Made by a program: the position numbers and the translations under genes. Below, piece by piece: positions 8,827-17,826 of a stretch of DNA of 64,000 nt. Origin of the DNA: Minisyncoccota bacterium (GTDB lineage: Bacteria; Patescibacteriota; Minisyncoccia; UBA6257; JAGOQP01); assembly GCA_041665445.1 (NCBI GenBank), contig JBAYIV010000001.1, positions 6,334-70,333 on the forward strand, given 5' to 3'. The stretch's first letter is position 1, and each line of letters opens with the position of its first letter. The notes beneath the pieces were generated by a model, which did not search any database, had not been told where the DNA came from, and worked only from the letters and a program-made list of their open reading frames with translations.

Positions 8827-11682
8827 TTACGGAAGCGTGACCACGTTGGTGCGCGCCGGAATAGACCAAGTCGTTCCGCCGTACCCAACGAATCCACCCG
8901 TAACCGTGGCATCTCCAACCGCCTCAACTGACCACTGCATCTGGGTGTTTGAAGGCCATTTTGCAGTATCCGTCGTGGTGATTTTCAAGACCAACTGTTT
9001 GGGCGTACCCACCGCAACCGTCAGCAAGCCCGCCTTAGCAAAGAGAATGGTTCCATTCGCTTTGTTGAGCGTGATCGTGGTGGCGCCAAGGTCGTTGCCA
9101 TCTCCATCATAAAGCTTGAAGAGCAAGGCATCGTTCGCGTTGGTTCCATCAGTCAAGCCGCTCGGGAGTCCAGTCTTTGACGTAAAGGTAATGCTGGTAA
9201 AGACCGCATTGCCCAAGTCAGAGCTGTTGTTGGTGACATCCCAAACTGCGTATTGCTGTAACGTACCGCGGGAGACCGATCCTGACGGAGAGGTCGCCGC
9301 TTTCTTCACTTCGGCAATCGTCTTGCTAAAGCTGTACGTTCCTCCGGCATACGGAGAAGCAAAGCTCAATGCCAATCCTGCGGTGTCCGTATTTGAATCA
9401 TACGCCGTTCCGCTGGACTGACCGATAAACTTCATTTGGTTCACTGCGTTGGCAAGTTTAGTGACAACAACAGTGGATCCATCGGCAGCCGAATTGATGT
9501 TCGCCTTCACGATGATTGTCTTGTTGACGTTCTTGGTAAAGATAACGTCGTTCAAGAAATCAGATGAAGCAAACGTGGCTGTTTCGATGTTGGCCGCACC
9601 ATTGGCCGCAGTCACAGGGTTGGAAAGCGCCGTTACGCCGTCATCGGCATACAACGTCACTGATCCAATGCTGCTATTCGGCAATGATCCGCCCGTTCCA
9701 TCAAACGTAACAACCAAGTCAGTCAACTTCATGTCCTCGCGCTGTCCATAGACCTTGATCGCTCCCATCGTGACATTGTTTGTCGGCGAGAGAACGCCTT
9801 GGCTGTACGGCGTCAAGTTAGAATCAGCTGACGGAATGGCTTTGCCTGCCGGGTACAACGTAATAGCCGTTGTGCCGACATTGGTCGTGCTGTTGATGGT
9901 CGCACCAGATGACAATCCGTATCCGACTCCAGAAACCCAGGTCGTGGTGATGCCATCAGAACCACCGGCATCAAGCACGGTGTTGGTGACGCCCTTCACC
10001 AAGAAGGTGAGTGTCGTGTTGCCCGGAATCGTGTAGTTCAATGAGAACGCCACGTTCGTGTTGTCAACGGTGATGTCCTTCAAATCAGACACCAATGAGT
10101 CTCCCACATACAACCCCACCGAAGAGAGGTAGTTGCCTGCGGCAAACGCAACTGCAGCATCAACAAACTTAAGGTTGACGGTGCTGACAATCGTGTTTTC
10201 TCCGTTCGCGCGAACATCAAAGGCGGCCAACGTAATCTTGTTGGTGGTCTTGATGATGTAGGACGCGGCACCTTGCGGGTGCGAAGAAGACATGGAAACA
10301 ACTAACGTACCGATGCCAATGGTGATGGTGTCACCAGCAAAGCTACCGGACGATGTCGTGTTGGTTCCGGAAGTCGCGCCGCGCGCAACAACGCCTCCAG
10401 CCGCAACGCCCAAGATAATCGTGCGGGCATTGCTGTTTGAGTCACCCGAGATGTCGCCCATGAGCTGCAAATTGATTGAAGCTCCTTTGGTCAACGTGAT
10501 CGGGCTGGTCAAATTGAAGGTGATTTTGTTGTTCGTCAGCGTGGCTGGTCCGGCCAAAACGCTCGTGTTGCCAACCTGTTTCAACACCAAGTTTGAGATA
10601 TCGGAAGCCGAAATGGTTCCCGTGTTGGTGAAGGTAATTTGGTTGACCGCAACGTCTTCGTTGGATCCAGCTGAAATGTTGAGCTGAGCCATCACGATGC
10701 CCGTCTCACCGGTTTTAACGGTGGTCTTAGGAACCGTGCTGAACTTAGAAACCGAGACACTGCCCAATTGTCCCGCCGGGACGATTGAGAAGCTGTTGCC
10801 AATCAACGGATATGATCCGGTGAAAGTGCCACCAGAAATGCTGGTCGCTGATTCCAAGCCGTAGCGAAGTACCGCCAATGTGGCAGCCCCCGTTCCGATG
10901 GAAGCATCAACCGTAATGGTGCGCGTGCCGTTGGCCGGAACGACCAAAGCAGGAACCATCACGACATTAACCTGGTTTCCAGCCGGTGTCCGGTCATTGC
11001 CGAACTGAATGCCGTTTTCGTCATAAATGCGAACAGCTGAAACATCGGTGTTACCCGTTGATTCGGTCGTGCCGTATGACTTAATCGTCAAACCGGTAAC
11101 ATTGGTCGCCGTGGAGCCACCCGTGAAGACAATCTTCATAACCGGGTTGTTCGCCGAACCCTTCTGAACGTTTGCGCTCGTCGGGCTATCGGTGGCCAAC
11201 GCAACTGACATCGGGATAGCGGTCGTGGTTCCTGTACCAGTTCCCGTTCCCGTGCCGGTTCCCGTTCCTGTTCCCGTGCCAGCCGTAGCGACAAATGCGC
11301 GAGTCTTAGGACCGAAGTAACCGACTGCCGGCGAAATACCATTGGCGCTCTGGTAAGCAGCCAAAGCCGCTTTCGTCATTGCACCAAAGTAAGCCGTCGG
11401 GGCGGAGATTTTCAAAAAACCTCCATTGATCAAAACCTGCTGCAAAGCGGAGACGTCGGCACCCTTCGCACCCACGGTGAGGTCGCGAGTAAACGAGTAG
11501 GATGAGCCGGACGTTGAACCGCCCTGTGTGCCGAGCTGTGTTTGCAAGGAATTGATCTGCGCCAAAAGAGCGCTGATCTGAGCCTGAAGTTCCGCGGCAG
11601 TCTGCGCGTGCACTGAGGGCACGAGGGTAACCACCATCGCAACAGCAAACATAGCTACAGCAACTTTCTTGAAAATACTCAT
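8827..11682 (-). CDS. Giant secreted surface protein (about 951 aa) with an N-terminal coiled segment, a peptidoglycan-binding domain and a (GT)8 linker
   Basis: Start set at MSIFKKVAVAMFAVAMVVTLVPSVHA (signal peptide). LTVGAKGADVSALQQVL…YFGAMTKAALAAYQSANGISPAVGYFGPKTRAFV is a PG_binding_1-like repeat. This is followed by GTGTGTGTGTGTGTGT and a long β-rich T/S/N/G body. Confidence 0.8.
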   Translation of the reverse strand: MSIFKKVAVAMFAVAMVVTLVPSVHAQTAAELQAQISALLAQINSLQTQLGTQGGSTSGSSYSFTRDLTVGAKGADVSALQQVLINGGFLKISAPTAYFGAMTKAALAAYQSANGISPAVGYFGPKTRAFVATAGTGTGTGTGTGTGTGTGTTTAIPMSVALATDSPTSANVQKGSANNPVMKIVFTGGSTATNVTGLTIKSYGTTESTGNTDVSAVRIYDENGIQFGNDRTPAGNQVNVVMVPALVVPANGTRTITVDASIGTGAATLAVLRYGLESATSISGGTFTGSYPLIGNSFSIVPAGQLGSVSVSKFSTVPKTTVKTGETGIVMAQLNISAGSNEDVAVNQITFTNTGTISASDISNLVLKQVGNTSVLAGPATLTNNKITFNLTSPITLTKGASINLQLMGDISGDSNSNARTIILGVAAGGVVARGATSGTNTTSSGSFAGDTITIGIGTLVVSMSSSHPQGAASYIIKTTNKITLAAFDVRANGENTIVSTVNLKFVDAAVAFAAGNYLSSVGLYVGDSLVSDLKDITVDNTNVAFSLNYTIPGNTTLTFLVKGVTNTVLDAGGSDGITTTWVSGVGYGLSSGATINSTTNVGTTAITLYPAGKAIPSADSNLTPYSQGVLSPTNNVTMGAIKVYGQREDMKLTDLVVTFDGTGGSLPNSSIGSVTLYADDGVTALSNPVTAANGAANIETATFASSDFLNDVIFTKNVNKTIIVKANINSAADGSTVVVTKLANAVNQMKFIGQSSGTAYDSNTDTAGLALSFASPYAGGTYSFSKTIAEVKKAATSPSGSVSRGTLQQYAVWDVTNNSSDLGNAVFTSITFTSKTGLPSGLTDGTNANDALLFKLYDGDGNDLGATTITLNKANGTILFAKAGLLTVAVGTPKQLVLKITTTDTAKWPSNTQMQWSVEAVGDATVTGGFVGYGGTTWSIPARTNVVTLP
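11221..11290. repeat. Imperfect hexanucleotide tandem repeat (GTTCCC/GTGCCG units) encoding the (Gly-Thr)8 linker
   Basis: …ggttcctgtaccagttcccgttcccgtgccggttcccgttcctgttcccgtgccagc… sits inside the 8827..11682 CDS. The repeat unit is in-frame. Confidence 0.7.
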
Positions 11683-11947
11683 GATAGCTATATGTTTTCC
11701 CTCCCAGATTACACACATCAGCCACACGGCATCGTATATAACTGGAGGAAGAATTGCTTAGATTAATTGACCTGAATAATATGTACCTGATAGCCATCTC
11801 GTTTCTGTTATCGACCCGCTGCTTTGCCCGGTGAGGACGAGTCAGCAAGCTAACGTGCCACAAGCGGCTCTAATTGCATTGATCTTCTTGCGAAGATCCG
11901 CGCGGGGGAAAATGTTTGCACACTTTTTCCCGCACCGATACTCACAA

Positions 11948-11976
11948 AGAAAAAACTCACGGCTTTTGGTGAGTTG
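11948..11976 (-). terminator. Putative intrinsic terminator about 260 nt downstream of the regulator gene
   Basis: Minus strand: AACTCAC-caaaagcc-GTGAGTT followed by TTTTTTC. Confidence 0.4.
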
Positions 11977-12237
11977 GAAACGTGCGCACACAGAGTCGCG
12001 GGCTTTTATGGCGCTCCGCGATTGCGTGTCATCCGTTCCGCCTCACCCTTTGTACCTCGACAAACATCGAGATCAAAGGACAGAACAGCTCTCTATTTGA
12101 TTGAATGTAATGTACCACATTACTGACTGCAGAGCAACTTACTCCAACAAGCAGAAACGTGTCAAGCCCCATACGGACCTGCGAGCCAGCGCCCTGTGTG
12201 CCGCTCTAAAAGATTAAACGAGAGTCCGCACCCTTTG

Positions 12238-13209
12238 TTACGCCTCCATAACGCGCAACGGCTTGGGGCGGTTGAGAGGCGCCCCTTTTCCCTTTTTGAG
12301 ACGAAGAAACGAGTGGGGACCGCCGCCGCCCAGACGCTCGACAATCTTGCTATCCACCATATGCTGAATATCGTACCGCAACGTCCGCTCGCTCACCCCC
12401 GGAAGATTTTCTGCCACATCCCTAAGCGTTGAGTAGGTTTTACGCGAAAGTTGCTCAATAATGACCGCGTGCCGCTTATCTGCGGTCATTGCCGGATTGC
12501 GCTTTGAATTGCCGGATTGTGCAGAGACAAGAGATGTTTCCTCGCTTATGGCGGCAACAGCATCGCGTACCGCATTGCCGGACTCTTTGCCGGATTCTTT
12601 GCCGATATGATTTTCTGTCGCGATAGAATCCCCCGTTTTCTCTCTATATATAGAGAGAACATCATTGCCGGATCCAACGGTTGCCATTGCCGGACTTTCG
12701 TGCGTCGCAACGGACTGTGTGGAAGAAACTTCGTTTTGTTTCTGATTGTCAGTTGACGCACTATCCGCGGCAGTCGTTTGCGTACGCGCCTTACCCATAC
12801 TATCGGCGATTATCCCCATGAAGTCAGCCAACAACATCGGCGGTCGTGAAAAGATTCCATCGATTGATGGCTCCTGGGTACGATCCGCTCGCTCTCGAGA
12901 ATCGGGCAGTGAAGCATTGCGGGCATCGGCCGCTCCCCGTTCACGCAACTCAAGAATGGCGGCGCGCAATGTTCCTGTTTCGCGCAAAAGAACACCGGCG
13001 TTGGTTTTGCCGATTTCGCCGATATTGGCAGCGAGACGCACCGTCTCCTCTAAAGCATCGAGGGTAGCAATGTCCCGAACAACAAAGTAGTCCAGGGCGC
13101 GATCTTCCAGCGTCTGGCGAAGCTTGGGGCGCGAAACATATTCGGCCACCCGAAAAACAGCCCATACCACCTCAAACGAACGCTGATTGAAGAACTCTGA
13201 TGAATACAT
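12238..13209 (-). CDS. Putative transcriptional regulator with a C-terminal DeoR/HTH_11-like winged helix and a low-complexity Ser/Gly/Asn linker, 323 aa
   Basis: C-terminus …RHAVIIEQLSRKTYSTLRDVAENLPGVSERTLRYDIQHMVDSKIVERLGGGGPHSF resembles a DeoR-type HTH. The N-terminal helical domain is unassigned. Confidence 0.55.
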   Translation of the reverse strand: MYSSEFFNQRSFEVVWAVFRVAEYVSRPKLRQTLEDRALDYFVVRDIATLDALEETVRLAANIGEIGKTNAGVLLRETGTLRAAILELRERGAADARNASLPDSRERADRTQEPSIDGIFSRPPMLLADFMGIIADSMGKARTQTTAADSASTDNQKQNEVSSTQSVATHESPAMATVGSGNDVLSIYREKTGDSIATENHIGKESGKESGNAVRDAVAAISEETSLVSAQSGNSKRNPAMTADKRHAVIIEQLSRKTYSTLRDVAENLPGVSERTLRYDIQHMVDSKIVERLGGGGPHSFLRLKKGKGAPLNRPKPLRVMEA

Positions 13210-13599
13210 AGGTGACGCACTCCGCTAAGTGCTTTCCAAGGTAAACCAAATAACACCACACGTCAAGAAAAAACATCCCCCCAAATGCCAACGCCAACAG
13301 GATCCCGCGGTCTGATTTCCCGCCACACGTCGTCGCTGGTCTTTGCGGCATCACCCACAGACATTTTCCGGCACCATTTCTGCAACAACCCCTGCAAGGC
13401 ACCCCAACATTACGCGAATGATTTCCACCAGTGCCCCCCCACAAAAAACACTTCAACCCTGCACCAATGTTTTCCGCCAACGCCCCACTCCTCGCAAAGT
13501 ATCTCCTCGCCTCAAAAATATTTCCCCGTCTTCAAAACATCTCCTCATCTCAAGGGCACCCATCCTTCTCCAAAGCATTTCCTTGTCTCAAAAACACCT

Positions 13600-13651
13600 C
13601 CCCTGTGGATAACTGTTTCTGACGATCGTCAGAAACAGTTATCCACAGGGG
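13600..13651. promoter_or_regulatory. 52-bp perfect palindrome containing two inverted consensus DnaA boxes (TGTGGATAA … TTATCCACA), preceded by degenerate CTCAAAAA-type direct repeats
   Basis: cCCCTGTGGATAACTGTTTCTGACGATCGTCAGAAACAGTTATCCACAGGGg. Located about 65 bp upstream of the PaaX-like gene and in the divergent intergenic region with the 12238..13209 regulator. Confidence 0.6.
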
Positions 13652-13714
13652 GCAAAGATTTAAACGATCTTCCACGCAATGCGCCAGACAGCATTTTAAA
13701 CAACGATCGAAGCA

Positions 13715-14422
13715 ATGCCGAAAGTTGACCAAAAAACATATAAAAATTTCCAAACCATGCGGGTTCAAAAAATCTTACCGCCGACAATAACCTACGCCCC
13801 GGAAGCGAACAAAACGGCCACGATTCTTTCTACGATTGGCGACTTCGGCGTTGAATGTTGTGACTTAGCAATGGCAGTGCTTATCGCCGGATATGGTGCA
13901 TCCCCAGCGCGCGTAGCAATTGTCAAAGATCGAATGCACAATCGACGAATATGCGCACAACACGATCACGCCCATACCCGCCAATGCATGCGAAGATATC
14001 GCGCCATGGTAAAAAAACTGGAGGAACAGAATCTCATCAAAAAAGAAACGAGAAAAAAGAAACTATTTTTGTGCCTCACCCAACAGGGGAAAAATTATTT
14101 AACAAAGATACGACGACACGAACAAGCCGTGCAATCACACAAAACACAAACCTATGCACGAGCACGATGGATATTAATCGTTTTTGATATTCCGGAAGGA
14201 AAGCGCGACAAACGAGCATGGCTGCGAGCAACGCTTATCACGATGGAATTTATCATGATACAAAAAAGTGTTTGGATGGGAAAATTGATCCTCCCTCGAT
14301 CGTTCATCGATGATCTTCGCGAACAAGAGATACACACCTACGTTCAAATTCTTGAGATTACTAAACGTGGGACGATAGAATGCGTGGGAAGAAAAACAGC
14401 CTGCACGGCCATCGCGCAGTGA
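13715..14422 (+). CDS. PaaX-like transcriptional regulator (N-terminal wHTH plus Cas2-fold-like C-terminal domain), 235 aa; start uncertain
   Basis: wHTH-like …MVKKLEEQNLIKKETRKKKLFLCLTQQGKNYL. C-terminal WILIVFDIPEGKRDKRAWLRATLITMEFIMIQKSVWMG matches the PaaX C-domain pattern (W.lv.FdlPe…R..LR..L…GF…Q.SVW). No SD seen at any candidate start. Confidence 0.45.
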   Translation: MPKVDQKTYKNFQTMRVQKILPPTITYAPEANKTATILSTIGDFGVECCDLAMAVLIAGYGASPARVAIVKDRMHNRRICAQHDHAHTRQCMRRYRAMVKKLEEQNLIKKETRKKKLFLCLTQQGKNYLTKIRRHEQAVQSHKTQTYARARWILIVFDIPEGKRDKRAWLRATLITMEFIMIQKSVWMGKLILPRSFIDDLREQEIHTYVQILEITKRGTIECVGRKTACTAIAQ

Positions 14423-14452
14423 TGAACAAGAGCGTAAAAATTGTTGGCGTTG

Positions 14453-15643
14453 TTATGCAGTACGCAATTTTTTTGAAAAAAGAACGAGCAACGCGCTGGC
14501 GGCAAGTGCCATGGTCGCCCCGAAATAAAACGGCGCCGATGCGCCGACATGATCCCACAAAAAGCCAGCGATAAAACTTGCCGGAAGTGTCGCGATGCCG
14601 ATCGTGGCCGCATATATACCAAACGCGCGGCCACGATGGCCGGGCTCAACTATGTCCGATAGGAACGCCTTGGCAACTCCTTGGTTGGCGGCATAATAAA
14701 CGCCGTACAGGGCATACAGCGGCCAAATAACCGCCGCGCCTGACGCGAGGGCAAAACCAAGATATACCAATGCGTACGATCCCCACCCGATACACATGGT
14801 CGGGATGCGGCCGATTTTATCCGACAGCGCCCCCAAGGGAACGGCCAACGCGGCATAGATCAGATTAAAAAGCGCAATAACCAAAGGGATTTCTAAAAGC
14901 GTCACCCCCAAGCTCTTGGCGCGGAGAATTAAAAATGCATCCGAGGAATTTCCTAAAGTAAAAAGGACAATAATAATCAGAAAAAGATAAAATGATGCCG
15001 GTAATTTTGTTGGTGAGCGCGGCATGGAAACGACCGGCGACTCGACGCGAGCCGGAGAAACTTCCCGAACGTTAACGACCAGCACCGCCAACGTAATAAC
15101 CAGTGGCACCGCCGAAAAAAGCAGAATCAAATGATAGAGCGACGCACTCCCCTGCAAAAGGTAGAGCAGCGCAAAAAGAATCAGCGGGCCGACAACCGAC
15201 CCCAAGGTGTCGAGCATGCGCGCAATGCCAAAACTTTTTCCCCGCACCCGCACATCGGCAGAACCGGCGATCAATACGTCCTTGGGAGGATCTTTGACAC
15301 CCTTTCCCGCACCATCACAGGTACGCAAGGCAATAACCGACGCCCCCGAAGTAAAGAGTGCCAGCAACGGACGGCTCACCGCCGAAAGAAAATAGCCGAT
15401 AAAAATAATCGGCTTTTGTTTTTTAAACCGATCAGAAAAAAAACCAGCAACAATGCTGGAAAGATTTGCGCTGGCTGTGACGACGCCCTCGGCAACACCG
15501 ACAAACGTTTTATCAAAACCCAAAACCGCCGTCAGATAGATGGGCAAAATCGGCGAAAAAACATCTTGGCTGATCCCGCCAAAAAAACTCAGCAATCCGA
15601 CAAAAAATACATTTCTATTTTTTGAACGCTTGTCCGGTGCCAT
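14453..15643 (-). CDS. MFS transporter, 396 aa
   Basis: About 12 TM helices. MFS motif region …FFSDRFKKQKPIIFIGYFLSAVSRPLLAL…. Confidence 0.85.
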   Translation of the reverse strand: MAPDKRSKNRNVFFVGLLSFFGGISQDVFSPILPIYLTAVLGFDKTFVGVAEGVVTASANLSSIVAGFFSDRFKKQKPIIFIGYFLSAVSRPLLALFTSGASVIALRTCDGAGKGVKDPPKDVLIAGSADVRVRGKSFGIARMLDTLGSVVGPLILFALLYLLQGSASLYHLILLFSAVPLVITLAVLVVNVREVSPARVESPVVSMPRSPTKLPASFYLFLIIIVLFTLGNSSDAFLILRAKSLGVTLLEIPLVIALFNLIYAALAVPLGALSDKIGRIPTMCIGWGSYALVYLGFALASGAAVIWPLYALYGVYYAANQGVAKAFLSDIVEPGHRGRAFGIYAATIGIATLPASFIAGFLWDHVGASAPFYFGATMALAASALLVLFSKKLRTA

Positions 15644-15649
15644 GCGGGA

Positions 15650-17809
15650 CTACTCTTCTCTGGTGATATAAACCTCGCGCGCCTTAGCGCCATCGCCGGG
15701 GCCAATGATATTTTTTTCCTCCATCATATCAAGCAATCGCGCCGCGCGCGCATAGCCAACTTTCAGCCGGCGTTGCAAAAGCGACGCGGAGGCCTTTTGC
15801 GCCTCACGCACCACATCAACAGCCTGCTCAAGCATCTCGTCATCGTCAGCGTCCTGTTCAAATCCATCAAAAATATCCCCGCTGGTCATGGCACCGGTTC
15901 CCTCTTCGCTCTGATCGCTTTCAAACGGCATTCCCGGCTGAGCCACGTCAACCCATTCGGCGTTGTGTTCGCGGATAAAATCGGTCACGCTTTTTATCTC
16001 TTCTTCGGAAATATACGCTCCCTGAATACGCCTCGGCTTAGAAAGCTCGGCGGATATAAAGAGAAGATCGCCCCCGCCCAATAATTTTTCAGCGCCTGCC
16101 GTATCTAAGATGGTGCGTGAATCGATTTGACTGGCCACCTGCAAAGCAACGCGTGAAGTGATGTTTGCTTTAATCAAGCCCGTGATGACCTCAACGGAAG
16201 GCCGCTGGGTGGACAAGATAAGATGGATACCTGTCGCGCGCGCCATCTGCGCCAAACGCACGATTGCGTTTTCAATATCCCGCCCGTAGGCCGCCATCAG
16301 GTCGGCCATTTCATCAACCACGATAACGATAAACGACATCGCCTCATCCGTGTTTTTTTTGTTGTAGCTCTGAATATCGCGCGCGCCGGCTTTAACAAAA
16401 ATTTCATATCGCCGCTCCATTTCGGAAATCGCCCACCGGAAAACTCCCAATGCCTTTTTGCCCTGGGTAACCACTGGCGCAACTAAATGCGGCAACCCGT
16501 TATACACCGACAATTCAACTCGTTTGGGATCAATAAGAATGAGCTTGAGCGTTGCCGGGGAGTTCTTGTATAAAAGAGAGATAAGAGCCGAATGCAGGGT
16601 AATTGATTTTCCCGATCCGGTTGCGCCAGCAATAAGCAAGTGCGGCATCTTCTCAATATTGGAAAAAACTGGCTCGCCCGTTACATCGCGGCCAATGCAA
16701 AACCCCAACGTTCCCGATGAAACAAAATCAGGATAGGAAATCAAATTGCCCAACCGCACCATCGCCGCACTCTTATTGGGGACCTCAATGCCGACATACG
16801 GCCGCCCGGGAATCGGCGCTTCAATGCGAATGGGGTGTGCAGACAACGCCAAAGATAAATCCTGGTTGAGCGCGGTAATACGCGATAATTTAATGCCCTC
16901 GGCAGGTCGCAACGTAAATCGCGTTACCTTGGGACCGATATTGATTTCTCCCATCTCTACGGGGATGCCGAAACTTTCAAGTGTGCGTTTAATAATATTG
17001 GCATTGGCGCGCAAATCGCCCGCGCCCGGTTTTTCAACCGATGTTTTGAGCAATTCGAGCGGCGGCGCCTTGTAGTCGGCAAATTTCTTTAGCATTCCCT
17101 TTAATGCTTTTGCCGGCACGCTCTTTGATTGTGCAACGATCACCGCCGCCCCTTGCGCGCCATCGTCGCTGACGGGTTCTTTGTCATCTTTTTCTTTTTT
17201 CGTTTGTTCGCTTTGCGCCTCCGCTTTGCGCACCATGGCGTCCTCGTTTTTTGCCAACGCTTCTCCTTTGACCGGTTCGTCATCGTCCGATTTTCCAAAA
17301 GAAAAGAGTCTAATGGGACGATTAAACACGATCACAATGCCGATAACCGCCGCGATCACCAGCACGACTCCCCATGCTACCGGCCCCAGCCATTGTTTAC
17401 AGTACCCCATCGCAAATCCGATAATACCGGCCTTGTCATGAGCAACCACATCAATAAATCCCAGTGACGACGCAAGAAAAAGCAGGGCTCCCCATATGGT
17501 GGCACCATAGATTTTTCGCTCATTTTCATGCAGGAGCAGATTAATGCTCATCCCCGCCAGCGTGATAGGAATTAATATATACCCCCATCCCACACCCTGT
17601 GTCGCGATATCAAAAAGAAACTGGCCAATCATCCCGGCGCGCGCAAATCCGGCAAGCGAAAAAACAATCGCCGCCGCAAAGAGCACCAATGCCCAAATGG
17701 TGCGGATGGTTTCTTGTGCCAGCGCGTAGCGCGGCTGCGTATTTCCCGAAGAAACGGGAACTCGTCCGCGCCCCCCATCGCTGTGCTTCTTTTTGTTTTT
17801 GCGTCCCAT
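15650..17809 (-). CDS. ftsK: DNA translocase FtsK/SpoIIIE
   Basis: N-terminal TM segments. Walker A …LIAGATGSGKSITL…, Walker B …VIVVDEMADL…, and a C-terminal γ-domain-like wHTH (…LLQRRLKVGYARAARLLDMMEEKNIIGP…). Start trimmed to MGRKNKK. Confidence 0.9.
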   Translation of the reverse strand: MGRKNKKKHSDGGRGRVPVSSGNTQPRYALAQETIRTIWALVLFAAAIVFSLAGFARAGMIGQFLFDIATQGVGWGYILIPITLAGMSINLLLHENERKIYGATIWGALLFLASSLGFIDVVAHDKAGIIGFAMGYCKQWLGPVAWGVVLVIAAVIGIVIVFNRPIRLFSFGKSDDDEPVKGEALAKNEDAMVRKAEAQSEQTKKEKDDKEPVSDDGAQGAAVIVAQSKSVPAKALKGMLKKFADYKAPPLELLKTSVEKPGAGDLRANANIIKRTLESFGIPVEMGEINIGPKVTRFTLRPAEGIKLSRITALNQDLSLALSAHPIRIEAPIPGRPYVGIEVPNKSAAMVRLGNLISYPDFVSSGTLGFCIGRDVTGEPVFSNIEKMPHLLIAGATGSGKSITLHSALISLLYKNSPATLKLILIDPKRVELSVYNGLPHLVAPVVTQGKKALGVFRWAISEMERRYEIFVKAGARDIQSYNKKNTDEAMSFIVIVVDEMADLMAAYGRDIENAIVRLAQMARATGIHLILSTQRPSVEVITGLIKANITSRVALQVASQIDSRTILDTAGAEKLLGGGDLLFISAELSKPRRIQGAYISEEEIKSVTDFIREHNAEWVDVAQPGMPFESDQSEEGTGAMTSGDIFDGFEQDADDDEMLEQAVDVVREAQKASASLLQRRLKVGYARAARLLDMMEEKNIIGPGDGAKAREVYITREE

Positions 17810-17826
17810 AAAATTGTGCGTAGTGC

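Noticed and set aside
11306-11863. 185-aa minus-strand ORF overlapping the start of the giant surface-protein gene and its upstream region
   Set aside because: Cys/Arg-rich alternative frame. The real gene start (signal peptide MSIFKK…) lies within it in another frame.
13285-13728. 147-aa plus-strand ORF (Pro/Ser/Thr-rich) spanning the repeat and palindrome region
   Set aside because: Low-complexity translation of a C-rich, repeat-containing intergenic region; it runs through the 52-bp palindrome and the divergent promoter area. Treated as non-coding.
15131-15625. 164-aa plus-strand ORF antisense to the MFS transporter
   Set aside because: Arg/Lys/Gln-rich antisense frame of a clearly supported membrane-protein gene.
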